A DNA stretch of 39,015 bases. It comes from a virus. Below, piece after piece: positions 30,387 to 38,825 of this stretch. How positions within the stretch are numbered: position 1 is the stretch's first letter; each line of letters opens with the position of its first letter. The position numbers and the translations under genes were made by a program. The stretch covers positions 1-39,015 of IMG/VR virus record IMGVR_UViG_3300045257_000314; one strand, 5' to 3'. The notes under the pieces were generated by a model, which searched no databases, was not told where the DNA came from, and saw only the letters and a list, made by a program, of their open reading frames with translations.

Positions 30387-32227
30387 CAACTAACCCCCTG
30401 CCCCATCGCGGCATACGGTGACTTCACCGCGCCTGAGCCGAGCTCATTGCCCCACAACTGGTGGACATAATCCGTGGTCGGCGGTGCGTAGTTCTGAAGC
30501 ACGCTCGGCATCGGCAAGCCTGGGCCAGCCGAGAGCGCCGTGCCCTGAGCGCTCGAGCCCTGGGCGAGACCGGGGAATTGCTGAGGCGGCGACTGCGTCT
30601 GGCCCTGGCCGCCAATATTGATGGTCACCGGTGCGCTCGTCGTCGGCGCGTTCGCCGGCGCGGTTGCCGGGGCGGGTGGTCTGAGCATCGGTGGTGGCGC
30701 GGGTGCTGGGCCGGTTGGTGCGGCAGGTGGCGCCAGTTTCTGCAGCAGTGCCGGCAACGCGGGCGCCTGGGGCATCTGGGGCGCGGCAAACTGAGGTGCC
30801 TGGGTGCCCTGCGCAATCTGGCCCATCGCCTCGGCGAACGCGGGACCGAGGGCCTGTGAGCCCGCCGGCGCGTCCTTCATCACCCCCAGCAGTGAGCCGA
30901 GCACACTGCCGGCCGTCCCGGTGTACTGGTTCGCCCTCGAGGCCGCGGCTGCCTGGGCTGCATTCGTCAATGACGCCTGGGTGCCGAACGCGGTCAGCCC
31001 GGCGTTGGCCGCGGCAACGTTGGCCGCGTACGGCGTGGTGCCCGACAGCGTCGCCGTCGTGAACTGTTTCAGTAGGTCGTTGGCCTCGTTGGGATCGCCC
31101 GAGCCACCTGGACCGAACACCTGCTGCTGAATCGTCTGGATCGCCTTGATCTGGTCCTGCAGCCCGTACAGCGGACCCAGCTTGTCTTTCTCAATGCCCG
31201 CCTGCGCCTGGGCCGTCTGCGCCCCAGCCAGCCCCGCCTGGGCGCCCGCGAGCCCCACCTGAGCCGGCAGCAGCGTCGAGGTCTGTGCCTTCGTCTGGGC
31301 CGTCTGGGCGTCTGTCAGCCCCGCGTTGGCCGTCGCCTGCGTGGCCTGGGCCTGGGCGAGCTGTGACTGCGAGCCGGTGAGGCTGGTCTGGGCGTTGGTC
31401 AGCCCGGTCTCGGCTTTTTGCTTGTCGATCAGACCCGGCAGCAGCGCGTTGGTCTGGTCGGCCTGTGCGTTCAGGGCCTTGGCCTGAGCGTTGAGCTGGG
31501 CAATCTCCGCCGGCGTCTTGGCCGTGGTTGCCGCGGCCGTCGCCAGCAGCGAGGCCGCCTGGGCACTGGCCGACGTTGCCTGGGCCGCAACCAGCGCTTT
31601 CTGGCCGTCTGAGCCCTCGTCGAGGACTTTCGCCTGCGTCCTGGCCAGCCCAGCGTCCGCGTCGGCCTTCGCCGCGGTGGACTGCGCGACCTGGACCTGG
31701 CCTGGATCAACGGTCCCATCGTGGATCGCGTCGTTGAGCGTTTTGCTGCGCGACGCGTTGGCCGTCTCGACGCGCTGCAAGCCCTGGCTGAGAGTCGAGT
31801 ACAGTGCGTTCAGGGTGCTGGTGGCGGCGGTCAGTTTCGCCGGGTTGGCGATGGTGGCGGGATCGTTCTGTGCCTGATCGACGAGAACTTTCTGGGCGTT
31901 GATCTGATCCCACAGCTTGGCGACGTCGGTGTTGGCTTTCAGCAGCTCGGCATCGGACTCGCCGATGACCTGCGAGACGGTGTAGCCACCCATGCTCGGC
32001 GACCCTGGCGCAGCCGGGCCCGCGGCTGGACCCGTGGTGGACGTGGCCGCTTTGCTTGCGTTGGGGTCGATGTTCACGTTGGTGACGGGTGCCTGCGCGG
32101 GCTGGTCGCTGGGCGCGACATACGGCGTGTTGGCGCCGCCAGGTTGCGTGGCTGGCTGACCCGTCGCCGAATCGACCCAGATGAACTTGCCGGGATTGTT
32201 CGGATCGGGTCGCGCGGTTATGGGCAC
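30386..32227 (-). CDS. Ala/Gln/Thr-rich helical internal virion/ejection protein
   Basis: 613 aa with a GTG start. It has long AQTxxA-type helical low complexity and a Pro-rich C-terminal part. Confidence 0.5.
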   Translation of the reverse strand: MPITARPDPNNPGKFIWVDSATGQPATQPGGANTPYVAPSDQPAQAPVTNVNIDPNASKAATSTTGPAAGPAAPGSPSMGGYTVSQVIGESDAELLKANTDVAKLWDQINAQKVLVDQAQNDPATIANPAKLTAATSTLNALYSTLSQGLQRVETANASRSKTLNDAIHDGTVDPGQVQVAQSTAAKADADAGLARTQAKVLDEGSDGQKALVAAQATSASAQAASLLATAAATTAKTPAEIAQLNAQAKALNAQADQTNALLPGLIDKQKAETGLTNAQTSLTGSQSQLAQAQATQATANAGLTDAQTAQTKAQTSTLLPAQVGLAGAQAGLAGAQTAQAQAGIEKDKLGPLYGLQDQIKAIQTIQQQVFGPGGSGDPNEANDLLKQFTTATLSGTTPYAANVAAANAGLTAFGTQASLTNAAQAAAASRANQYTGTAGSVLGSLLGVMKDAPAGSQALGPAFAEAMGQIAQGTQAPQFAAPQMPQAPALPALLQKLAPPAAPTGPAPAPPPMLRPPAPATAPANAPTTSAPVTINIGGQGQTQSPPQQFPGLAQGSSAQGTALSAGPGLPMPSVLQNYAPPTTDYVHQLWGNELGSGAVKSPYAAMGQGVS

Positions 32228-32228
32228 G

Positions 32229-32837
32229 TCAGGTCACTCCAGCGGGTTGCGGCATCGGAATCGACAGCGGCACGTTTGAGCCGCCCATCGGCGGCAGATT
32301 GCCGAGTGTCGGGACCACCGGTGGCTGCATCGCGGGCAGCGCCATCCCAGGCCCTGGCATCGGCCCCGGAGAGGGTTGGGGCAGTCCACCAGGACCTGGG
32401 AGCGGCATGGGCGGAGGCGCGCCCTGTACTGGCGGCTGCTGCGCCATCAACAGCGGCACCGTCGAGCTCGTCGGCTCCTGGGGCGCTGGTTGACCCGTCG
32501 CATCGGCTGCCCAGCCAGCGATCTGACGGGCGTTGCTGATCGCGTCCTGGGTGTCGGCGCCGCGGTACAGCATGCTGCGCATTGGATACACCTGGTCGAG
32601 CGCCTGGCCTGGCGGCATGCCCTGGGCGACCTTCTGGTGGTAGGCGGCATCGGCGGCTTGTGTCGAGCCGAGCGGCGAGAAATTCCAGCGCTGCACGGCA
32701 TCATCCTTGCTCAACTGCGTGCCGCTGAGCGGCTGGCCCAGGCGCCCGGCTATGCCGTCGGCGTACTCGCTGACGCGCTGCGCGAACCCATTGACGGTTT
32801 GCTGCAAAACGTCCTGGCTCGAGGCGCTGCCGGCCAT
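32229..32837 (-). CDS. Hypothetical virion-associated protein with a Pro-rich C-terminus
   Basis: 202-aa ATG ORF. Confidence 0.5.
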   Translation of the reverse strand: MAGSASSQDVLQQTVNGFAQRVSEYADGIAGRLGQPLSGTQLSKDDAVQRWNFSPLGSTQAADAAYHQKVAQGMPPGQALDQVYPMRSMLYRGADTQDAISNARQIAGWAADATGQPAPQEPTSSTVPLLMAQQPPVQGAPPPMPLPGPGGLPQPSPGPMPGPGMALPAMQPPVVPTLGNLPPMGGSNVPLSIPMPQPAGVT

Positions 32838-32972
32838 TTACTTCTTCGCTTTAGCCTTGCGTTGCGTGTTTAGCGCGATCGCCACGGCTTGTTTCTGAGG
32901 TTTGCCGGCAGCCATCTCGGTCTTGATGTTCTGACTGACCGCGGCTTTACTCGCGCTCTTTTTGAGTGGCAT
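32838..32972 (-). CDS. Small basic protein of the KQAVAIAL type (44 aa, below the ORF-track cutoff)
   Basis: My translation: MPLKKSASKAAVSQNIKTEMAAGKPQKQAVAIALNTQRKAKAKK. It resembles a widespread phage/bacterial small-protein family that I recall as DUF6496 (name from memory). It exactly fills the gap between neighbouring genes. Confidence 0.6.
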   Translation of the reverse strand: MPLKKSASKAAVSQNIKTEMAAGKPQKQAVAIALNTQRKAKAKK

Positions 32973-32975
32973 CAA

Positions 32976-33194
32976 TCAGTACGAATGCAGGTGACCGCCG
33001 CCGTTACCACCGGTCGGCGTAGAGCCCTTGTGCAAACGCTGGGGTGCGCACGGATAACTGTGCCGATCGCACTCGAGCACGCCTGGCTGGGGCGGCAGCA
33101 ACTGCGCGTTGAGACGCGCCATCTTGTCCAGGTCGGGGTACGCCGACGGGCCCTGACCGTTGCGATTGTCGCTCTCAGCCTTGGCTCTGGTCAT
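32976..33194 (-). CDS. Small hypothetical protein (72 aa)
   Basis: The internal ATG at 33194 overlaps the upstream stop (ATGA). The rest of the tracked 188-aa ORF is Arg/Thr-rich and out of frame. Confidence 0.45.
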   Translation of the reverse strand: MTRAKAESDNRNGQGPSAYPDLDKMARLNAQLLPPQPGVLECDRHSYPCAPQRLHKGSTPTGGNGGGHLHSY

Positions 33195-33343
33195 GGCTTG
33201 ATGTTCCCCCTGGAGAAACCCTTCGGGGTGCGCATCGCTCGAGCGCCAAGGCTGGGCGTCGCGCCCATCCCCATCGCAGGCGCCTTCGGCCCCCTGGGCA
33301 TCGGCGGCGCCTTCACCCTGGGAATCTTGGGTGCTTTGGCCAT
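33191..33343 (-). CDS. Small basic Pro-rich protein (50 aa)
   Basis: The ATG at 33343 lies 2 nt after the upstream stop. MAKAPKIPRVKAPPMPRGPKAP... Confidence 0.45.
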   Translation of the reverse strand: MAKAPKIPRVKAPPMPRGPKAPAMGMGATPSLGARAMRTPKGFSRGNIKP

Positions 33344-33345
33344 GA

Positions 33346-33564
33346 CTACGTCGCGTTGCCCGTCTCGCCCTTGTTCCACGAGTAGCTCTTCTTCGTGGCG
33401 GGCGAGGCGTTGAAGACCTCGGGGTCTTCTGGGAAGTTGGCCACGTTGGCATTGTCCTGGACTCCAAGCGACTGACCGCCGCGACTGGCGATGCGACCAG
33501 GACTGGGGCTCGGATTGCTCGTGCCGCTCGAGTTGCTGCCAATATTGGGCATCTTGCCTGCCAT
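33346..33564 (-). CDS. Small hypothetical protein (72 aa)
   Basis: The ATG at 33564 lies 4 nt after the portal stop. MAGKMPNIGSNSSGTSNPSP... Confidence 0.45.
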   Translation of the reverse strand: MAGKMPNIGSNSSGTSNPSPSPGRIASRGGQSLGVQDNANVANFPEDPEVFNASPATKKSYSWNKGETGNAT

Positions 33565-33568
33565 GCGC

Positions 33569-35614
33569 CTATCCACCCGGAGGAGGTGCGGCCCCCGGTC
33601 CGACTATGGCGCCCGCTTGCTGGGAAGCGAGCACGTCCTGACGCATCGGCCCAGCGCCAATGGCTCCCGCCATGATCCCGCCCACCGCTGAGTTTACCGG
33701 CTGTGGCGGCGCGGTCCCCTGCAGTTGGCCGGTCTGGCCCGGCAGCCCACCACCTGGCAACGCCGCGGTGGGCGTGCCGTCGGGCATCGCCTGACCCGAC
33801 TGCACGGCAGCGAACAACTGCGCCATTTTCTCGTCGTCCAGTTTCTTGGCCACGAGCTGGAACAGGTACTGCTGGCCCTGCGGCGTGTTGAACAGCAGTT
33901 TCTCGGTCTGAATTTCGATCATGGTCTGGTCGGGACTCTCGTCGCCCAGACCTTTCTCAAGGGCCTGGCGCAGCGGGATGCGGCCCTCGAGCGACCACTG
34001 CATCAACATCTGCGCGTAGGGTAGATTCTCGCCTTCCTCGGGCGGGTATTCGGCGTAGAAGTCGTACACCCCTTGCGTCATGTCGCGGGTCAGTTCTTGG
34101 GCTTTACGCACGGATTGGCGCATGCCCTTGGGCTGCACGCTGCAGTACACCGGCACCGTCACGTCATAGTGCTCGACGATGCGATCGGCGATCTCGGTGG
34201 CCATACTGCCGACGAACGTCATCGCCTCGAGGCCACCGTTGAGCACGTCGTCATAGGCGTCCTGCAGCATGCTCCGGATCAGCGCGCGGTCGTGGCCGCT
34301 CGTCGCCCCCGGACCACCACCGGCTGCCGCTGAGGGCGCCTCCTCGTGCACGCTGCCCAGCATCAGGCCCATCAGTTCGTCGACGTCCTTGTTGGTGCCA
34401 GGATGCGTGGCGGGCACCGGGGTGCCTGCCACGTACTGGGCCTTCATGGGCTGGATGTCGATCTCGCGCGGCCGGCCATTCTCGAGCACCAGGTCCGGCG
34501 AGACGTCCGCATTGGCCGGGATGAACCAGCCCCCGAACGCGTGCTGCCAGGCATGCGCCAGCTTGGCCGTAGCCAGGTTGTTCATGCCCTGGAAGACACT
34601 GAGAAAGGGCCACAGGAACGGGACGCCGCGACGGTCGGGGTCGGTCTCACTCGCAAAATTGCAGCCCCATACCCAGGTGCCGCACAGCCGCGTGATCCCG
34701 AAGTCTTTCGCCAGGTCGACGGCCGCCAGACTGGTCTCGCCGCCGGCATTCACGCGGTGGGCCAGGGTGATATTAGAACCGTCGGTGGCCGGCGCGGTCA
34801 CGCCCTGGCCGATGTAGTACACGACGCTGCCTGGCCGCCACAGTTCGTACAGCGTGAATTTGGGGTAGCTGCCGCGCGACTGCGACATGTAGTCGGGGTC
34901 GTAGCCCGGTCCGATGTGGCCCGTGTCACCGAACCGCCAGCGATAGCCGCGCGCCTCGAGCTCCTCCTGGGCGTACTGCGACCGCACGAGCAGGCCGTCA
35001 AGGCGATGGCCTGGACCCAGCATCGGCAGGCACTGGTCGATGCCGATGACGCGGATGCTCATGGGCACCTGTCGGGCACGCCAGTCGAGCAGATACTCCT
35101 CGTACTCAGACGCTGACTGTTTCATCGTCTGACGCTTGAATTGCGGGTACACGCCGCCGTCGTCGTCCACGAAGCTGGGCATGTTTTCCCAGCCCGCGGA
35201 CGCTGGAAAACACAGCACGGCGCCGGAACCCTGGTTGAACAGCATGTCCATCAAGGGGCGCCAGAACTTGCCATGCTGCTCTTCGATCGCGGTGATGGCC
35301 GCGTTGGCCCACACCTCGAGGTCAGACGCGCCGGTACGGGCGGTAACCGACTTGCCCATCGGGTCGCGTCTGAGCCGCGGGCGTTTGCCTGACAGCATCT
35401 GCACCGCGTGCAGCGGCACGGTGATGGCGTACGGCAGTTTTATCGCGAGGTTGCCGGCGACCTGGGCGAAGTCTTTGGGGACGACCGGGTCCCAGCGGTT
35501 ATTCAGCCAGTCGCGACAGTCGCGGACACGAAGACGCGACGTCTGCCACTCGTTGTACTTACTCCACCACATGGTGGCGAGTTGGCCGCCGGTGGGGACG
35601 TCGCCTTCACGCAT
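33569..35614 (-). CDS. Portal protein
   Basis: 681 aa from the ATG at 35614, which shares a base with the upstream stop. It follows the large terminase after one small gene. Size and position are the main evidence. Confidence 0.7.
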   Translation of the reverse strand: MREGDVPTGGQLATMWWSKYNEWQTSRLRVRDCRDWLNNRWDPVVPKDFAQVAGNLAIKLPYAITVPLHAVQMLSGKRPRLRRDPMGKSVTARTGASDLEVWANAAITAIEEQHGKFWRPLMDMLFNQGSGAVLCFPASAGWENMPSFVDDDGGVYPQFKRQTMKQSASEYEEYLLDWRARQVPMSIRVIGIDQCLPMLGPGHRLDGLLVRSQYAQEELEARGYRWRFGDTGHIGPGYDPDYMSQSRGSYPKFTLYELWRPGSVVYYIGQGVTAPATDGSNITLAHRVNAGGETSLAAVDLAKDFGITRLCGTWVWGCNFASETDPDRRGVPFLWPFLSVFQGMNNLATAKLAHAWQHAFGGWFIPANADVSPDLVLENGRPREIDIQPMKAQYVAGTPVPATHPGTNKDVDELMGLMLGSVHEEAPSAAAGGGPGATSGHDRALIRSMLQDAYDDVLNGGLEAMTFVGSMATEIADRIVEHYDVTVPVYCSVQPKGMRQSVRKAQELTRDMTQGVYDFYAEYPPEEGENLPYAQMLMQWSLEGRIPLRQALEKGLGDESPDQTMIEIQTEKLLFNTPQGQQYLFQLVAKKLDDEKMAQLFAAVQSGQAMPDGTPTAALPGGGLPGQTGQLQGTAPPQPVNSAVGGIMAGAIGAGPMRQDVLASQQAGAIVGPGAAPPPGG

Positions 35615-35949
35615 CAGTGACGCGTGGTGTCTTTGCTCTCGTGCTCCTGGGCACTGCCTCTGGGGCTCTCGTGCTCCTGTGTTCGGGTCGCCACGGCGGC
35701 GGTAGCAGCGGCTGCGGCGGCGGCCTGCGCTTCGGCAACCTCTTCGGGCGTGGCCAGGCGTACGGCCCACAACTGGCGCACCTGGTCGAACTCGACGTGC
35801 AGCGGCGGATCGGCCCCGAGCAGGGCCGTGGCGCCGGCCTCGTCGAGACCGGGAAGCTCGGTGTAGATGGTGGCGCTGTCAGATTCCTCGAGTTGGGCGG
35901 CGAGGACGGCAGCCTCACCGGCGAGATCACGTGGAGATGCAGTCGGCAT
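35614..35949 (-). CDS. Hypothetical acidic protein between terminase and portal
   Basis: 111 aa. The ATG lies 6 nt downstream of a TACACT -10-like box (plus-strand 35956-35961). Confidence 0.55.
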   Translation of the reverse strand: MPTASPRDLAGEAAVLAAQLEESDSATIYTELPGLDEAGATALLGADPPLHVEFDQVRQLWAVRLATPEEVAEAQAAAAAAATAAVATRTQEHESPRGSAQEHESKDTTRH

Positions 35950-35990
35950 GCACCCAGTGTACGTTTCACGGTCAAGGTTTCACGCCGGGC

Positions 35991-37343
35991 TCACGGCTCG
36001 AGTGGATTCCTCGGGCCGCCCTGGGAAAACTTGCCGCCGACCAGCGCGCCGTGGTGCCGCACGTTGGCCGATTGCGTAAACAGCACCTCGAGCATGCGCG
36101 TTTGCCCGAGCTTGCCGAACTTGTAGACCGCCAATGCCAGGGCGCACACGCCGTCGTCGTGCATTCCCTCCGGTGCCGCATAGTGGACTCCAGTTCGTGT
36201 GTAGGCGTACTCGAACGCCTCGAGCTCCAGTTGCAGGATGCCCTCCGGAAAGCCGATCGTGTGCTCCTGAATCGCGATGGCCAGGCCCTCCATCAACAAC
36301 TGTTTGGAGCGCTGGTTGAACACATAGCCCTCGACGTTGCGGTGCTCCGCGTTCAGCGCCTGGTCGATCGGCCCCCCAGGTCCGGTGGAGTCGACCGCGG
36401 CCGGCGCGCGGCCAACCAGGTCGCGGATACGGCGCAGGGTGACCTCCCAGAATTGCGGATGCGAGGTGGATTCGGATGCGTCGGACTCCGGGTCGAGGCT
36501 CGGGTACGCGGTTTGGTTCCAGCGCTCCGAGCGGCACACGCTGCCGTGGTCGCACAGGGCTATGCCCCAGGTCCAGTCGTTCGCACGGGCCAGGTCCCAG
36601 CCCCACACCGAGGGTTTGCACTCCGCGTGCATCGGCTCGAGGCACGCGCGGATCGCCTGGATGCCGAACGGGTTGCCCTCGTCGTCGCTAGGCTCGGCCT
36701 CGTACAGCTCGCGAAAAACTGCCTCGGGCAGTTTGCTCCTGGCGTCGTCGATCTCGGTCTGGGCGAGCACGCCGGCCTGCACCGCGTCGTACGCGGTGAT
36801 TTTGGCCCAGTGCATGCCGGGTTCCCCCGCCTCGGCGCGGACGCCGAGCTGGTACGCCCAGTTTCGGCGGCCCTTCACGTTGCCGATGATGCGGACCGGC
36901 CCACGGGTCGCGGTGAGCGTGGACCGGACCGCGTACCAGGCCTCTTCTCGGCACCGGGTGGCCTCGTCGATCACTGCAGCGTAGACATCCTCGCCGTACA
37001 GGTTGTCTGGCTTCTCCGCGCTCTTGAACCACAGCACCGCGCCATTGGCCAGGGTGAGCGTCAGGTCGGTCTCACGCGGCTTGTAGAGACCTCTGGGAAT
37101 GCCGTACTTCATGCGTTCGTAGGCGACCGCGGCCTGGGAATAGACAGGAGCGATCCACCAGAAATTTTGGCCGCGGGCGCCTTGCATCGCTTGCTCGAGC
37201 AACCACACCAGGCAGGCCACAGTCTTGCCGGACTTCGTACTGGCGGCCACGATGGCGTAGCGTTCCGGCGCGAACACCGCGTCCAACTGATAGTCGGCCA
37301 TCCAGGGCCGTGTGTAGGCGGCGGTGCGCTCAATCGTCGACAT
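35991..37343 (-). CDS. terL: Terminase large subunit
   Basis: 450 aa. Walker A is IVAASTKSGKT and Walker B is YAAVIDEA. The nuclease half carries acidic motifs. It overlaps the small terminase gene by 14 nt. Confidence 0.9.
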   Translation of the reverse strand: MSTIERTAAYTRPWMADYQLDAVFAPERYAIVAASTKSGKTVACLVWLLEQAMQGARGQNFWWIAPVYSQAAVAYERMKYGIPRGLYKPRETDLTLTLANGAVLWFKSAEKPDNLYGEDVYAAVIDEATRCREEAWYAVRSTLTATRGPVRIIGNVKGRRNWAYQLGVRAEAGEPGMHWAKITAYDAVQAGVLAQTEIDDARSKLPEAVFRELYEAEPSDDEGNPFGIQAIRACLEPMHAECKPSVWGWDLARANDWTWGIALCDHGSVCRSERWNQTAYPSLDPESDASESTSHPQFWEVTLRRIRDLVGRAPAAVDSTGPGGPIDQALNAEHRNVEGYVFNQRSKQLLMEGLAIAIQEHTIGFPEGILQLELEAFEYAYTRTGVHYAAPEGMHDDGVCALALAVYKFGKLGQTRMLEVLFTQSANVRHHGALVGGKFSQGGPRNPLEP

Positions 37344-37611
37344 GGGCGCGCTGAATGGTGAAACTGAACGCCTGGCCGTCGGTGGTCAGATCGACCTGAT
37401 CGGGCACCTTGCCGTCGATGCGCTCGAGCACGACGGCGATGGCCTTCACGTCGCCGTCCTGGGCCATCTGAATAAGCCGTGATGCCACATGCTCGGCTCG
37501 TGTTTTGCCGTCCTGTTTTTCGAGCAGCAGGCGTCTAAGCCACGGGGTAATCGTGGGTTCGCTCTTGGGACGGCCGGCAGGATTTCCACTCTGGCCTTTC
37601 TGAAATTTCAC
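37330..37611 (-). CDS. terS: Terminase small subunit-like protein (GNPAGRPK motif)
   Basis: 93 aa with a GTG start. The N-terminal KGQSGNPAGRPK motif is typical of DUF5681-type phage small terminase-like proteins. It lies directly upstream of terL. Confidence 0.65.
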   Translation of the reverse strand: MKFQKGQSGNPAGRPKSEPTITPWLRRLLLEKQDGKTRAEHVASRLIQMAQDGDVKAIAVVLERIDGKVPDQVDLTTDGQAFSFTIQRAHVDD

Positions 37612-37666
37612 TGCTAGATCAGGCCATCCTAAGTGCTCATAGTTCTATCAAGCGCCTGATGAAACA

Positions 37667-37697
37667 GCGCGAGCAGTCGCTCAAGGTTCGCTCGCGC
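37667..37697 (-). terminator. Hairpin (8-bp GC stem) separating the early small-gene cluster from the late operon
   Basis: gcgcgagc (37667-37674) pairs with gctcgcgc (37690-37697). On the minus strand it is followed by tgtttcatc, which is only a weak U-tract. Confidence 0.4.
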
Positions 37698-37828
37698 TAG
37701 TTCGGGTGTTTTCCCATCGGCCGCGACGTCATCCGCTCGGGCGCGACCTCGCGCCCCTGGCTGAGCATGCCGTCACGCCACGCGGCGTGAACCTCCTGGG
37801 CCAATCGGGTGCTGCCAATCATCAGCAT
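37697..37828 (-). CDS. Small hypothetical protein (43 aa, below the ORF-track cutoff)
   Basis: My translation: MLMIGSTRLAQEVHAAWRDGMLSQGREVAPERMTSRPMGKHPN. The ATG lies 4 nt after the upstream stop. Hand-counted GC3 is about 90%. Confidence 0.45.
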   Translation of the reverse strand: MLMIGSTRLAQEVHAAWRDGMLSQGREVAPERMTSRPMGKHPN

Positions 37829-37832
37829 GACC

Positions 37833-38075
37833 TTAACTCGCTTTAGCGCGATCAAGCGTCACGTACAACGGGGCGCAATCAGCACACCACCATGTTCGTG
37901 TTGACTGGCCGGCGTACCGTGCATTGACGAATCGCTCACCGTCAACAAAGTTCTGACCACAGTTTTCGCATTGCCATCGGGCAGGATGATTGGACGGGCG
38001 CTGCTCCCATCGCCACTCAACAGGGTCAGGGCGCGGGGGCCACTCGTGGCGCGGATTCCGTAAAGGGGTTGTCAT
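37833..38075 (-). CDS. Zinc-ribbon protein
   Basis: 80 aa. CENCGQ...CADCAP. Confidence 0.6.
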   Translation of the reverse strand: MTTPLRNPRHEWPPRPDPVEWRWEQRPSNHPARWQCENCGQNFVDGERFVNARYAGQSTRTWWCADCAPLYVTLDRAKAS

Positions 38076-38077
38076 AC

Positions 38078-38446
38078 CTAATTGGCCTTGTCGCTATCAA
38101 GCAGGTCGAGCGCATCGAATACCTCGTGCAGGGCCGGCCAGACGCCACGGCTTGGATTCTCGCCCCCACGCTGGCGCAGGCTCCGCACCGCTTTGATGAC
38201 CTCGTTTTGAGTCTCAACGAGAGCCCGCAGCCGCTTGACATCGGCCTCAGCACGGACCTTGGCGTCGATCTCAACCAGATACTCGGCATGCAATTCCTCG
38301 AAACTCACGGGGCCGGTGCCCGTCGACGCACGCCGATACGCCTCTGCGGCCACCCTCGCGTCAGTGGGCGCCTGGTCGATGCGCGGATCGTGGGCAGGCT
38401 GACACCCGTCGCCGACGTGGTGGGTTTTTCCTGGGTCAGTGCTCAT
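38078..38446 (-). CDS. Hypothetical protein with the N-terminal DPGxTHxVxDGCxPxHDPRID motif and a coiled-coil C-terminus
   Basis: The ATG at 38446 overlaps the upstream stop (ATGA). MSTDPGKTHHVGDGCQPAHDPRIDQ... Confidence 0.6.
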   Translation of the reverse strand: MSTDPGKTHHVGDGCQPAHDPRIDQAPTDARVAAEAYRRASTGTGPVSFEELHAEYLVEIDAKVRAEADVKRLRALVETQNEVIKAVRSLRQRGGENPSRGVWPALHEVFDALDLLDSDKAN

Positions 38447-38649
38447 GGCACGGGTCGGAAGTGCTCGAGCGCCTGGTCGACCTCGTCCATGTCGAGCACA
38501 CGGGTGGCGTTGAACGTGAAGGACGAGAGGCACACGTGCCCGTCCGGCAGTCGGTCATGTGTCAGGCAAAACAGGCGTTGGCAGAGGGGGCAGTAGGTCG
38601 CAATGGGCGCCTGGCAGCCGGCGCGGTCGCACGTGTCTGGGATGGTCAT
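38443..38649 (-). CDS. AN1-like zinc-finger protein
   Basis: The ATG at 38649 overlaps the upstream stop. CDRAGCQAPIATYCPLCQRLFCLTHDRLPDGHVC fits C-x2-C-x4-C-x2-H-x6-H-x-C in its second half. Confidence 0.55.
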   Translation of the reverse strand: MTIPDTCDRAGCQAPIATYCPLCQRLFCLTHDRLPDGHVCLSSFTFNATRVLDMDEVDQALEHFRPVP

Positions 38650-38825
38650 CGTCGCCAGTACTCCCGCAGTTTTGCAGACCGCTCGCTGCAGACCTGGACC
38701 CGTCGAAACCACAACTGGCGGGCCTTGAGCGTGTCGCCACGTTCGATGGCGAGCTTCGCGGCCGCTTCGAGGTAGATCATTTTGCGCGCCAGGTCGCGCA
38801 ACTCGACACGCGCGTACTCAGTCAT
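38646..38825 (-). CDS. Small helical hypothetical protein (59 aa)
   Basis: The ATG at 38825 overlaps the stop of the junction-spanning gene (ATGA). Confidence 0.5.
   Translation of the reverse strand: MTEYARVELRDLARKMIYLEAAAKLAIERGDTLKARQLWFRRVQVCSERSAKLREYWRR

Noticed and set aside
30386-32227. The 613-aa Ala/Gln-rich helical protein as a tape measure protein
   Set aside because: It lies upstream of scaffold and capsid, beside other ejection-type proteins. No tail tube, chaperone-frameshift or sheath genes exist anywhere on the circle.
35615-35770. N-terminal extensions of the tracked ORFs for portal, VRR-NUC (1474-1698), metallopeptidase (2470-2652), methyltransferase (4232-4303), Rpf-like protein (4594-4773) and others
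   Set aside because: The extensions are Arg/Pro/Gly-rich and overlap the real upstream genes. In each case an internal ATG or GTG sits exactly at an ATGA, GTGA or TGATG junction with the upstream stop.
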